Below are positions 26,801 through 41,800 of a stretch of 64,000 nucleotides of DNA, one piece after another. The stretch's first letter is position 1. Each line of letters opens with the position of its first letter. The notes beneath the pieces were generated by a model. It had not been told where the DNA came from. It made no database searches and saw nothing but the letters and a program-made list of their open reading frames with translations. The translations under genes were made by a program, and so were the position numbers. This DNA comes from Phoronis australis (lineage: Eukaryota; Animalia; Phoronida). The DNA is taken from contig NMRA01000014.1 in assembly GCA_002633005.1 (NCBI GenBank), positions 1,336,838 to 1,400,837 of the forward strand. The letters are read 5' to 3'.

Positions 26801-29800
26801 AAGATAAATAAGTGAAAAAAAAGACTGTTTGTGGACTATGTTGATATCTGGATTTGAAAACCAAGTATTATCTAGAGTTGAACCTAAATGAGAGATATTT
26901 GTGATGTGCGATGACCTTGACCTTTTGTTCTTTCAGGTTGTTTAGTGGAATGGGATTCACAGCTGACGTGAACACATCTGCTCCACATTTTGTGAAGGCT
27001 TCCCTTGGGTCTCCCTATATAATAACAGCTATTGTAACACAAGGTAAGGGTCTCTGTACGTAATGACAGCTATTGTAACACAAGGCAGGGGTTTCTGTAT
27101 GTAATTACGCTGTTGTTATGTGAGCTGGTGGATCTAGTATGTAATGGCAGATGGTGTAAGACTAGTTACGAGGTCTCTGTATGTAATAACAACTATTGTA
27201 ACATAAGGTAGGGATCTCTGTGTGTTGTAAGATATATTGTAAAACAAGGTATTTTAGAGCCAAGAGCTGATGCAAGAAGTGCAACTGACTGTAGCACTGA
27301 ACTGCTGTGAGAATTCTTTGTCAGTATTGATCTTTCCGTAGGGAAATTTTTAAAATTTGCTTTAAACTGTGTTTCTCACATTAATGACTGAATTGAGTGG
27401 ATCCTTCAGAGAATGCTATAAAAATCACCAGATTGTCAAACACTCGCTCTGTATTTTACTATTTGAAATGGTCATGTCAGACTTGCTGTTTGTACTCTTC
27501 AGGTGGCGATATGATCAACGATGCATCTGCTAGTCCTCGATATGCCAACCAAATCAGTATAGGTTACACAAACAGTTTTGGCCAACATGTCTACCTCAAT
27601 GGGTCTGTGGTGAGTCACTATTTAGACTTGGAATAATATTGTACATTGTCTGTGAATGTTTTTTTTTATGTTTAAAGTTGTTAGGTGTTGTTATTATACT
27701 TAATGTACTAAAACTAGAGGATTTTTGTTCAGTTTGTGTTATTCTGTTAATTTGAATTGTCAATCCCAGCTTTAGCGTACTCTTCTGCACTCATTCCCTT
27801 TCAGGTGGGTGGAAACTCTGACTCATCCTCGCTGGTATTTAACTACTTGTCACAACCATTTGTTGCTGACAGTGTCTCCATCATTATTGAGAGCTTTGTT
27901 TATCAAGCGACCATCAGATTTGATGCTTTTGGCTGTGCTTACCAGACACGTATGTTGTGACTTATCATTTGTGAATACATGTTGGTGTATATTACTACCT
28001 TCTCTTTAAGAACAACTGGTGTAAATTACTATATCTGCTGAACTCCATGATAAAACTTTGCAATAAATGTTTGTTATTATAGAGAGGATGGACAACATTG
28101 ATTTTTGGACAGATCAGGATTCTGCTGTTCTGACCTAGCGAGAATTATTGTGCTTTGCATCTAAATCTTTATCTATCAAATCCCTTGAAATCACCAGCAG
28201 CAGTGGTATTAAGACATTGTCATAGTTAGTGGCTGGGCTCATTGTGACTGTGGCTCCAGGGTTTATTTTGTTGTCAAATTTTGAAAATCTCTTCAAGTTT
28301 TATTACTACCTGTTTTGATCAGCCCTTCTTGTTATTTTGTTGCACGTCTGCTGCATTGAGCTATCGCACTGTCACTATGTTTCCAGATCTTACCTCGTTC
28401 TGGGCGTGTCTTGCTGAGTCATCAGTCATCTCTGATGTGTATCTGTCTGTCAATCTAACTACTGTCCAGTCAACTACTCAGTGTATTGAGCTGTGTAAAT
28501 CTGGTTGCTATGGATACGCTGGGCTGGTAAATGGTAAGTAGGTGCATGTTGCTGTCAAATGTGTCTGACGTCCAGTGATGTATCTGCTAAACTCCTTTCA
28601 AGACTTTCATGAAATTATTGTTCTTCTCAACCACACCTTCCCAACTTTGGAAGGTTTTGGCATAAAATTTGGCAAAGAAGTTTCGATGATTCGGGCAACA
28701 GCACCTACCTGGTTTCAAACGGATTTAAACCAATTCTGTTCCCCCTAGTGACCATTTTGTTGCTTCCAAATACGTGTACATAAAATCGGTGTGTATTACT
28801 GGTATCTCTATCTGGGCATCCGATGTCTGCTGCTGTATCTCCAATACACCTAGGAGGATCTTCATGAAAGCTGGTGGATGTGTTCCTATGGAGCTGATAA
28901 TGAATGATAATGACTTTTGGATGAATATGACTAGCACTGTGCCCCCTAGTGGCAATTTTAGTAGTTTATATTTTTGTTTCTGTATCTTTAGAGCTTCAAT
29001 TCGTGACAAATTTTATGAATCTTTTTGGCATCTGCCTCTCTGCCAAACCGCTTAGAAGGTCATTATCAAAATTTGCAGTTCTTTCCTGTCGAGAAGACTA
29101 CATCTGATGTTAGTTTTTGGATGGGCCTGATTACTGTTGTACCCCCTAGTGACAATCTTTTTTTGTTTTGTTGTGTCCATGACTGTATCTCTTTAACCTT
29201 GGCAAACTGGTTTGTCTTAGCCAGACGGCAAGGCCTACCAAACCTGTCTGATGTATTCTGTGCCACCCTATAAATACCCCTGGAAGCATACTGTTTATGG
29301 TTTGCAGTGCAGTCGTTGGCTCTTGTTAAAATTTTTGTGTCTATTTTTTGCATCCAACTCCCTATCCCTCAAAAAATGCAACGAACGAAAGTATGAGCTT
29401 CGCTTAATCATTATCATTTGTGATGCACGCAGTAATTGGTACACATCAATACTCTGTGTTGCTGTTGTTTAAAAATACCTCCTACAAAGTCTTAACATAA
29501 CAGTGTTATGTTAATACAGTAATTATTACTACTAAAGTGTCATAATTACCTTTATCAGGTTCTTTTCAAGATGTTGTTATTTTAAAAACACAAGTTGTTT
29601 AATGTTGACTGGTGTTTTACTTTTAGGAACAAGCTGCGCGTGTACCAATAGTTATGGCAAATATGGTAAAGTGAACGATGACGAGTGCAATCTGCCTTGT
29701 TCTGGAAACGCAAGTCAGACTTGTGGGGGCACCAACCGAGTCGCCCTCTATAGGACTTGGGGTGAGTCAAGAGGAAGATGAGGCATATCATAGGAGGAAT

Positions 29801-32800
29801 ATCGATGAATTTTAAGTAGTAATAAGCAGGAGGTGAAAACAATCCCATGGCCAGGCCTCTAAACCCCAGCAGATGCCAAACCTCTGGAATACAATTAAAT
29901 CACAGACCCATGCCCCTAAACTCAATACTTGTGCTGAAAATACTCCATACATGATGCCAAACTGCTGCAGTCTAGGATACCAGTAACGTTTGATGAAGGA
30001 ACATTATAGATTTCAGTGGAATTTTTGGAGACTCTTTCAATGATGCAGTGGTCAGATTTTGATAGTTTTTTTATTCATCTGTTAATGTTTCAGTGTACAA
30101 AACAAAACTAATAGTTGTTCAAGAGTGTAATGTATGTCTGCGATGGGAATTGTGAGCTGGCACCAAGAGAGTACCATATTTGCTGATATCTCCATTAAAT
30201 TAAGTTTGTTACAAGCTCTTACTTTCATCATGGCAACCATTCTGTGAAGCCTAATGTGAGCAAAAGTTGGATGTGTAGCTTTCTCATTCACGTCTTGTTG
30301 ATGGTGGCTGCTGCGATCGTTGTGGTGCCAAAATTTAAAACCATTGTCAAATGCATTGTGAAATGATTTATGCACAAAGCCAGTACTATAGAGACGTTTT
30401 CAAATGAGGGAAGTCTGGGTTTGGAATTTGGTCCCCAAGAATGAGTTTGATCCTTGTGATTTGAGTTTAGTGCCTATGTATGGAGCATTTTTGGCTGTGT
30501 GTAGAGTTTAAGAGCATTGGCGGTTTGGGGATTATAATTTGTGCTGCAGTTTTGGTTTGGTACGGGAGCACTGGGGTTTAAAAGATTGTACTGTCTGTAG
30601 TTTTGAAGCATAAACGTGGATTTGTCTCCATCCCCTGGTTAGAAATTTTAATGTTTTCTTGATGAAATTGTCATGTTGGGAAGTTTAGTGAACACGTTTT
30701 TGCTACAAAATGCAAGTATGTCTTGTGATCTCTCTTGGTGCAGAACAGCTGTTTCTCACTGTGTAGAAATGGGTCAAATAATGGTCCATGGTGAATGTAC
30801 ATACTAGTGAGTTTATATGTTGCAGACACACTTTGCCCTCCAGTCCAGCCTGGTAATAACACTGTACACAATACAACAGACCGATTCTTTGGTACAGTCG
30901 TTGGTTATCACTGTCTGCCTGGATACAAACCTGCTGCTGGAGTTGCCATGTCTACAGTCTGTACTGATCAGTTTCTATGGCAGGATGAGCCACCAAACTG
31001 CATAAGTAAGTGTTTCCTGTAGTGTGAAATTTCAACAGAAAATTTGTAAAAATTCTTGCTGCTTACATTTTGAGCTTGGAGGGTAACTAGTCCCTATAGT
31101 GGCTTAGAATCATGGAAAGTGACGCACAGTGATACCTACTGTCACTCCATACACGGTCTCTGTTCGCCAGAATATGTTTTTTAACACATTAATTCACCTA
31201 ATGTCTCTCTTGCATGTTTTATTGTGTGTCTACAGAACGATGTACTGAGCGCCATTTTGTCACTCGTACATGTTTTGTTGTCTGTTATGTTGTTTGTTAT
31301 CTGTTTCTGTAATCATCAGAACGATGTACAGAGACACCTAATGTCACTCATGCATGTTTTGTTGTCCGTCATGAGTTTCATCAGAGTGGTGCACAGCGAC
31401 ACGTAATGTTACTCATGTAATGTTTTGACTTGTCTGTCTTTCATTTCAACAGAATGAAGCACAGGGCCACCTAATGTTACTCATACATGTTTTGTTGTCT
31501 GTTTGTCTGTCGTAAGTTTCAACAGAATGATGCACAGCGCCACCTTATATCATTCATGCATGTTTCACGGTCTGCCATGTTTTTCAGTGAAACGATGCCC
31601 AGCGCCACCTAATGTCACTTATGCCACGTATAGTGCCACTGGTGACTTTGTAAACAGCACTGTTCTCTATACGTGTAGTCGTGGATACAAGTTTATTAAT
31701 GGGACTAACAAGAAGACTGTGACTTGTAACGAGACTGAACAGTGGGAACCATCTGTGATGAGTTGTGTCTGTGAGCAAATTATAGAGTGTGTTTCACATA
31801 ACTAACATGTTGTATCTGTTAGTAAACGGCGCCTGATTGACAGGAGTAACACGTGTCAGTGAATAGTTGGCGCATGCTTCACAGACCAGAAAAGTTAAAG
31901 TTATTTCTGAGTAAAATGCGTCTGTTTCACAGGTGTAACTTGTGTTTGTGTGTGCGTGTGTGTGCGTGTGAATGGTCCACACTTCACTGGTGTGTTGTGT
32001 TGTGCAAGTCAGTAATCTTTGCACTGACATAACATTTTGTATATGTGAGTAAATAATGCCTGCTTTAGAGATCTGACATGTTGTATCTGAGTAAACTGCA
32101 CCTGATGCACAGTTCTGATGTTTTGTGTCTGTGTGTAAATGGTGCCTAATTCTTAAATCTGACATGTTGTATCTGAGTACACTGCACCTGATGCACAGTT
32201 CTGATGTTTTGTGTCTGTGTGTAAAGGGTGCCTAAGTCTTAAATCTGACATGTTGTATCTTAGTACACTGCACCTGATGCACAGTTCTGATGTTTTGTGT
32301 CTGTGTGTAAAGGGCCTATAATTCTTAAATCTGACAAGTTATGTCAGAGTGAATGTCACCTTTTTCACTGTTGTGTGATTCTAGTGAATTGGTGTTAAGA
32401 GTTATGTCTCTGTGTTAATTGTAGTCTAGAGTCCAGCACTCAGGTTTTCTAAGCCTGTCATCTGAATTGCTTGGCCTGTGCGTATACTCGAAATCCCAGC
32501 ACTGGATTTTATAAGGATCGTGAGCTCTGTCCTGTCTGCGTTTGTGTTGCAGAATTGAGTTAATTTCTATGTTGTGNTTCCCTTACACCCGAGTACACAC
32601 GAGTACACGCAAGACAGTTGCACACAAGTAAAGTCATGCATCACCATGGAAGTGAAAGATAATTAAGTGTCTTCTCAAGTCCTAATTAGCGTATTCTGCT
32701 GACACTGAGGAGATTGCTCAGTGATGGAATGTTGATTTAACGAATAGCAAAGTTTTTTTGCTACCTCGATTTGATGCTTATAAGTTTTTTGTTTGCAGTG

Positions 32801-35800
32801 AAGGAGTGTGGTGCGCCAGCCATTGCTCCCAACGCGACAGTATTGTACACTAATGTCACCTACCTGAGTACGGCCACTTACAGCTGTTTACCCGGTCACA
32901 TTGTCTCCAACGCTAATGCCAACGTGACCAGCAAGACATCATTCACTGTTACTTGTACTGAGCATGAAAACTGGACAGAAGCATCTTCTTGTGAACGTAA
33001 GTCAGTCATCATTCTGTGTTAGAGGAGATATACGTCATTCAGTATATATTTTTTATTGCTATTTTGTATTCATGAAGTTGTCTCATGTAGCAATGTCCTC
33101 TGCGATGCAGACCTTAGGCCAAAACACATAGTTGGTTCTGGTCTCTGTTTTTTTGAAAATCCAGTCGGTTATCTGGTATTTTTTAATTGTTCACTTTTTC
33201 AAAAGAGGAAATACGTTTTGGACAAGCAAACATTTCGGGGTTGCCCTGAGATTTTTTTATGAGCTCATTAAATCCATATCGGCCAAACCAATCTAATTGA
33301 AACTTCATGGTATGTCTGCCCGTGAGGCCTGCTATGCATAGCCAACGATGACCTTTGCTCCAAACTGGGAACTACTTTCAAACTAATGAAAGCCATCATA
33401 TTAAATTACATGGTGTTTTGACAATCTAACATTTTCACTTCAACTTTAATCTGACTCCGAATTGTCCATTTTTTGTTTTAAAACAGAATTTTGACCACCG
33501 CAATTTTCCAGTTTTTATGCTAGATGCTTACAAGTTACAGTTCCTTAGGAACACAAACACTTTACTCTGCTCTCTGTGCCTGGCTGCTGTACTTCGCTCC
33601 CTGACTGGCCTGTGTGCCTGCCCCCTGTGCTTGTTCCCTCCTGTTCCTGGCCCCTGTGACTGGCCTGTGTGACTGACTGCTGTGCCTGTCCCCAGTGCCT
33701 GGCCCCAGGTGCCTGCACCCTGTGCCTGCACCCTTTGTCTGTCCTGTATGACTGCCCCTATGACTTTCCCACGCGGCTGCCCCTTGTTCCTTTAAATCTC
33801 CTCCCTGACTGCCCCCTGTGAATCTCCTATTTTTATGTTCCCTGTGGTCACTCCCTCCACCACGCAATGAGTCCTGTGTCAGTACAGGGGATCCAACTGT
33901 CTGTTGCAAGCAGCTATGCCAAAGGTGTTGACTGCTTCTAATTCTGTTGCATTTCAGCTGTTTCTTGTGGCAATCCCCCACAGCATGCACTCAGCACTAT
34001 GGAGGTGGAGGGGGTTTATTACAACCAGTCTGTTCATTATACATGTGTTGATGGCTACGAGTTGGATGTCAATGGAACAACCAGTCAAACATTAGTCTGT
34101 GACGAAAATGGACAATGGCCAACTCTGACACTGTCCTCTTGCATTGGTGAGTATAGTTTGTTGCATTTCATGGTCTTCTAAGTCTTAGAAGACTTACAAG
34201 TTATCCTGGAGGATTGTATAACTGTCTAACCTTTGATATTATGCCCACATAAACTATTACCCAATCTGTTAATAAGGTTGATTAACTTAGCAACCATTAG
34301 GCTTGGCCTCTCAACAAAGACACAGATTTGTCCCCCAATCATGTAATCACTGTCATCTTTTGTTTATACCCTTCAATCCACCATCCTTTTGGTCACATCA
34401 CGCGACATGGCAGATTGAACGGGATAAACTGCTTGCAACATTGTTTGGTCTATTTGCTGTTCTTTAACTGACCAATTTTTTTGCACTTCAACAAGTCTTT
34501 ATCACAGCACGATTGGCATTGACTGCTTGTGCATTGTTGGATCTACTTTATGTTTGCAGTCATACACTGTGGCATTCCTCCAAGTGTTCCTCATTCTGAC
34601 TTACACTACACTAGCGACACCTACAGAAGTATCGCGCGGTATCAATGTCACTTTGGATACATGTTCTCAGAAAATATATTCACCAACACCTCGGAGTGTC
34701 AAAGTAACAAGAACTGGACAGTTGTGGAACCATGTGTTCGTAAGTGGCATTACATAGTTGTTGAAGTAAATTGTTATGACACAGAAAGTGAATAATTTCC
34801 AAGTTTGTAATGCTATCCATCTTTTGCAAATAGGCAGTTTTTGCATTCATAAGGTTTGTTGGTTCTTATTAACAGCTGCTTGTGATGTCATCAATGACTT
34901 TCTTTGTGAAACCTATTAGGTGTGTCCCTGAACTTTCATTGCTTATGTCACAGATACGCGATTCATGAGAAAATAATTAGACTGGAGACTGCAGTTTAAT
35001 CATATGTAGTTGTACTTATATCAACAATGCAACCATACTTCCCAAACTCTGATAAAAGATCGACTCGAACCACGGCGCAGTCTCCAGAGAACTTGCGTGG
35101 GCATTTGCCTATCAATGACTAGCCAACAAGTAGCCTAAAGTAGACATCACAACGGACATCAGAATATGAATTGTGATTCACGCTTAAATGGGCGAGAGCA
35201 TGTTCCGCCACACATATTTTCCTAAATTGCTATATTTGTGGTGAAGTAAGCTAGACTAGTTGGACATGCATGAGAGTATCTGTGTTATTTCAGGCAGAAG
35301 TTGTGGTGTGCCATCGTACGCTGCTGACAGCACTCATATTACGTTGAAGTACAGCTTTCTGTTCCAAGACTCTGTGGAGTTTACCTGTGCCTCAGGTCAT
35401 CAAAAGTCAGGTGGTTCATCTAGCCGCACGTGTACTGTGGTTGGCAATTATACAATGAAATGGAATGGAGATGAATTCAAATGTGAAAGTATGTATCATG
35501 GGACGATACTGCAAATTTTTATTGGTGTGAATTCATAACTGGCTGATTATAAATGTAAACCAATAATTAGCTTTATGTCAGTCTGGTCATCATTTATGGA
35601 AAACCTCTTTTGACCATTATTGCTGATAAGTAATCACATAAATAGTGATTTTGATGTTACACCTTGCTTGATGAATTTTGTAAGCTGTTAATGTGAAATC
35701 TTATTAATTATTTACAAATTCATGTCCTGCCATTCATAGATTCAAATGGAAAATTGTTCATTTAATACCCAACCAAAATTGGTCGTGTATGAGGTTATGT

Positions 35801-38800
35801 TGCTGTGCTAAGTTACCACATATAAATATTATGCAATTATTGACTTTCACGAACCGCAAAATGTGATAATGGCTGAGACAGAGCCGAAGTCGTTATAATG
35901 TCTTTGGGGTTTGAAAATCAAGGTATTGACCAAGTGTGAAGGTCAATAGTTGTTACATCCTAAAGTAATTATGTTGTTGCTTTCAATCGTATGTTGGATC
36001 ACTTGTTCGGCTTCAGCTTTTACATGTTGAGAAGTGATTTTGAAAAAAAGTTCCAGGTTTTCATCGTAATGGACAAAGGAACAATTATTTATACCACACT
36101 CAATTAGCCTCGAATGGCAGATACAACCGTGTAATAACCCATAAAGTTATCTCACTAGTGAGATAACATTTTGGCGGGAAACCGAGGCCGGATTCGAACC
36201 TGGGCCTCAAGAGTTTCGAATCGCCGACTTTACCACTACACCACTCAGCGGTTGACGTCATCGAACGTGAAAATAAGAGTACTTAAATGAGCACGCGCAA
36301 CTATCACATGTTCAGCAAAGGGCATTGCACCGACATTTATACACTTTGAAAAATAAGACACAATTTCCATGAAAACGATATCTTAATTCAGTGAAATTTT
36401 TCTCTTGTGTTCTCTCACTTGTAAATCACCAATTTCCAATTTGAATACGGGTATCGTGTCACCGGGATCCTTTGACTTGAGCATTATACTCAGTTACCAG
36501 TGGTAACCTACTTTATTAGCAGACGATATTTTCCTGGTTGAAGCTTAGCGTGATAAAATGTGTAGTAAGCTATAATAGTTGCTAAACCTTAAGTTACAGA
36601 TTCACTTTATTTCTATTTTGTTTAAATTTTCAATTGGTTTTGAGTATAAGCATTATTTGACAAAATAGCTCGGCTTTTCTTAAAAGGTCACGACCTCCGA
36701 CCCCGGGCTTCTGACATAGAAAGTAGTTACAAAGCCGAGGCGAGTCGAGAAAGGTAGATCGATTCATTGCAATGTTTCTCGTTCAGTATGTGGTATAAAT
36801 ACATTATTACACGTTCTCAGTCATTATCCCCCTTATCTAGAGCCCTCATGGATTTTGGAGAATTATCACCCTCAGGGCTAACACCCTCGGGTGATAATTC
36901 TCCAAAGTAATGGGGGATAACGACTTCGCCATGTAATAATCTATACTTGGGAAATACGTGTTTTGTGGTCTTACATTTGCATTAGAAAAAAGTTGAGAGG
37001 CATCATTTAGTTAATGTGATTGCAAACTGCATATCAGACCACTCATTATGCATGCGGTAAAGTGCGCAGAAACTTATGTGTATTGAAAGTCAGTGAACAG
37101 TCTAGCCTTAGTTTGAGAACAATGTTTGTATGATAATGTTATAGGGAGGGAGCTGTGGGTTCCTTAATGCAGGTGTGCATTCACCTGGTGGTTAGATTTT
37201 GCTGTTATTTAAAAACAAATTTAAAGTGAAATAAGAATCCAGATGCCATGAAAAGGTTTAAAACGCTTTTTATTTTGGTGACGTACTAGTTGTGTAGAAG
37301 TAAAGTTGTGACTTGTGATCAAATCACGATGAGACCTGAATGCGTACTACACGAAGAAGTTTTTATAAAGAATTGAAACCATGTTACCATTCCGGTAATC
37401 ATAGAGAATTATTGACTCCAAAATATCAGTTTGTAAGTACATAATCTATCCAAATCATATAATAAAGTTTGATATCAAATTTCTTTGCAAACAGTGTGCT
37501 TAAGTAGCCGTTTTGTTGCCATGTTAAACATTATTTTTGGATATTCACTCGACAGTTGATTTCGTCATGAGGATAAAAACGTTGGTCAGCTGTACACTTA
37601 CCACTGTAGCATTATCAAGACATGCTGTCAAACATGTTGTTAAAGGTATCTGACGTGAATAATTAATATATTAACTATGGTGTTGTAGTCTTACAAATGT
37701 GCTCCTCATAGTATTTCATGGTTATAATACAAATGGCCTTTCCATTTTGTTGCATTATAAATGGGCTTTCTGTTTCATTGCAATATAAGTGACCTTTGGA
37801 TTTCAAAAAACGATATTTCACTTGTTAAATATATTTATGATTGACATATGTCTCGAATAATAGATAAGTGATACGTGCGTCGCAAGCTCGTTACCAGAGA
37901 TGAAAAGGAGACCGAGGTAGGCGATATAAGGTCATTTATTATGACTGGTAAAAATGAATACAGGTAAATAACGTATAATAGGTAACCTCTGGTAAGATGG
38001 GCAATAAAAAGCGCCGGCCACGTGGACGTACGAGAGAATGACGAAAAGTGGGAGGAAGAGGGTGGGAACATTACGTAGAATTGTCTTGAGGACTTGACAG
38101 GGACCTCGGGGGTCTCGCGCTCCACTGGTTTATACACACTAGTTGGAAAAGGCTTAGCCCAGTCACACAGTTTGTGCCATAAAAGAGATAATGATAACTC
38201 CAACTGAGCCGGCAAGTAGAACTACTATCGTTTATCACATTGGTGTAGACTCACAGTTGAAGTTTGGTTTTCTGTTATGCCCAGACCGTTTGGAGTTGCA
38301 CCATATACCAACTCTGGACGGTCTCTCACGGCGATTTAGCGTTATGCAAATTGAATGAGTTTTTGACGCACAACAATGTGGCCGGAACAAAGTGAACTGA
38401 AAGCAAGGTTACAATAACAAAGAAAAACGCTCCTAAAGACACGTGACAATCATCAGCCTATAAGAGCCAAGAGCTGACCAAACTTGAGGCACATGATAAC
38501 AGCAGACCAATGCGAAGGCTGGAAAAATGACGTGTACTACACAAGGGAATAATGGAATAGACCGAGATGAGGGGGAAAAGGAGTAAGGCGGATCCATATG
38601 CTCACATAAATATACCATTTATGTGACTGAGCAAATTGATCGTCATACTCCTTTCCTTCCTCATTTCGGTCTATTCCATTATTCCCTTGTATAGGACTAC
38701 ATGTCGTTTTCCCAGCCTTCGTATTTGTCTGTTGTTATCATGTGCCTCAAGTTTGGTCAGCTCAAGGCTCTCATAGGTTGATGATTGTCTAGTGTCCTTG

Positions 38801-41800
38801 GGAATTTTTATGCACCCACATATTTATATGTGGTCGCGTATTGCTGTCATCTCTGTCTGTCCGGCGTACGCAGCTGTATCTCCTAAACCCCTCACAGGAT
38901 CTTGATAAGATTTGGCAATTTTCTTTCTATAAAGCTGACGACAGATGACAACGAATTTCGGACCTCTCTGACTACTGGTGTGCCCCCTAGTGGCAATTTT
39001 AGTTTTTTTGCTTACCTCTGTATCTTCAGAAGTCCTCAACATATTTTCATAAAATTTAAAATATGGGCATCTATTGGTGAGATGAAATTATCCTTTCGTT
39101 TTAGGATGGGTTCGACATATTTTGCGTATCCTAGTGGCCATTTTTACTGTTTTCGAGTTTGTATTTTGGCGTCCACCCATCTATCAACCAAACCGCTCTA
39201 AGGATAATTATGAAAATTGGCATGTATGCTCTTACTTAATGAAGAGGATGGCTGACGATTTTCTGACGCCTTCGACTTCTGTGGCGCCTTTTAGTGGCAG
39301 TTTTGTTTTTTCCGCCCATGGCTGTATCTCCTGTTCGTAGGATCTTTACTAAACTTAGCAAGTGTATTTATATGATGGTGACAACCGAAAATGATGACTT
39401 TCACACGGATCGAACTACCGGTGCACCCCCTAGTGGCAATTTTAGTTTTTTGCGTTCACCAGTCTGTATCTTTAAAAGTCCTCAACAGATTTTCATAAAA
39501 TTTTGAGTATATGCATCTATTGGTGGGATGATGCTATCATTCTGTTTTTGGATGGAATCGAGGTATTTTGTGCCACGTGGTGGTCATTTTTGCTGTTTTC
39601 AAATCTTGTATTTGATGTACACCCCTCAATCAACCAAATCATTCTAGGGATGGTTTTGAAAATTGGCATATATTTTTTCAGTGTGAAGAGGGCGTTTGAT
39701 GATGGTGACTGACTACTGTGGCACCTAGTGGTAGTTTTGTTTTGTTTTGCACCCATAGCTGTATCTCCAAAACTCACTACAGGATCTTTATTAAATTTAG
39801 TAAGTGAATTTATATGAAGATAACTGACGACGACTTTCAGGCAAATCGAACGGACACTGTGCCCACAAGTGGCAATTTCATTTTGTTCTGTAACAGTTTT
39901 CCTTTGTTTCTCTGGGGTTCCTTAACAGTTCTTTTATGAAATATGGCATGTTCCCGTTTTTTGATGGATTGTACGTTTTTACGCCATCTAGTGGCTTTTA
40001 TTATGATACAAATAAATAATGCTAAAAGCACACCATTTGCGATGCATTCGTGGGTGCATTTCAACACTTTGCGTTGCTCTTGTTCTTTGTAATTGTAACC
40101 TCGTTTTCAGTTCACCTTTATTCCAGCCACACTGTTGTACATTCCAAAGCTTATTAATTTTTTTTTGACCTTTCTCCTACTCCATCATTCACCTCACGGT
40201 TAGCTCGTTTTCCCGTTCTATACGATGCCTATTCATTGTTCTTGTCTTGGTTCTTCATATTTCCGGTGGCTCAGGGCAGTTTGCCCAGTCTCAACCTCCA
40301 CATTTTAACTTTGGATTCGATCCCCTCATTGTAAAGCCTCCTTTCCTCAGTTTGTCAGGTGCCACCCTCTCTTCTGGGCCCTGATCCATTTTTGAACTCG
40401 TCCCCCAATTGTTCTCCATCTCCCCCCGTTTCGTTTTCCTCCGGGTCGGAGGGAACGATCTCTCGTCCCCATCCGTCGATCCCATCCTTATTACTTGTTC
40501 CATTTACACCCTTGCCCTCCACATCCTTCTTGGCCAGGTTTTCAAACGTTTTCACGATGACGGTTTGTTCAATATTCGATACCACTCCCTCAGTACTGCC
40601 CTTTGCTCCTTACTCCATCACCACCCCTCCATATCCCTCTGGTCTCACTGTGGCGGCTTCTGTCGTGACCTTTTACATTTGTGTCATCGTGACTGTGTTC
40701 ATTTTAACCTGGCGGGCTTTCGTAAACAAGCCCTCAGTGTTTTTTATGTGCCCTCATATTTATATGTGGACGCATTATGCCGTCATCTCCGTCTGTCCGT
40801 CCGTCCGTACGGGCGGCGTCTGTCCGGCGTCCGTCCGGCGTCTGTCCGGCGTCCGCTGCTCTATCTCCAAAACCCTTTGACATATGTTCATGAAATTTGG
40901 CACATACGTTCCATTTATGAATGGGACGGCATGTGCGAACTTTCGGACGGATCCGACTACCGGTGTGCCCCCTAGTGGCTACTTTAGTTTTTTACGCTTA
41001 CCTTTGCATCTTCAAAAGTCCTGAACGGATTTTCATGAAATTTGTTATGTAGGCACCTATTAGTGAGGTGACGCTATCCTCCCGTTTTCAGATGGATTCG
41101 ACATAGTTTGCGCCACCTAGTGGCCATTTTTAGTGTTTTCGAGTCTGTTTTTTTGCGTCCACCCCTCTATCAACCAAACCGCTCAAAGAATGATTGTGAG
41201 TGAAAATTGGCATGTATATGCTTACTATGTAGAGGACGGTTGACGATGATTTTCCGACGATTTCGACTACTGTGGCGCCTCCTAGTGGCAGTTTTNNNNN
41301 NNNNNNNNNNNNNNNNNNNNNNNNNNNNNNNNNNNNNNNNNNNNNNNNNNNNNNNNNNNNNNNNNNNNNNNNNNNNNNNNNNNNNNNNNNNNNNNNNNNN
41401 NNNNNNNNNNNNNNNNNNNNNNNNNNNNNNNNNNNNNNNNNNNNNNNNNNNNNNNNNNNNNNNNNNNNNNNNNNNNNNNNNNNNNNNNNNNNNNNNNNNN
41501 NNNNNNNNNNNNNNNNNNNNNNNNNNNNNNNNNNNNNNNNNNNNNNNNNNNNNNNNNNNNNNNNNNNNNNNNTCTTCAGGTGTATACTTTGTGTTACTTC
41601 GTGACTATGGAGGAAAAGTTCCAAGTAGAAATTTGTTTCTGGCATTCTAATGCTGTGCTAATCTCGTATGTTGGTAAATTTGTTTTTAATTCTATGTTTC
41701 TGTGGTAATTTAAGCAACTGATGCATAGGATGTGCTTGTATTATGAAGATCACTCACATTTTGCCCCTAGCCTATTGAGGAGACAATGACCATGCCTTTC

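Noticed and set aside
36181-36249. Functional tRNA gene
   Set aside because: A and B boxes are present but the D and anticodon stems do not pair convincingly
40291-40975. Several 70-188 aa ORFs
   Set aside because: They come from pyrimidine-rich low-complexity sequence running into a HINE and show no domain signature
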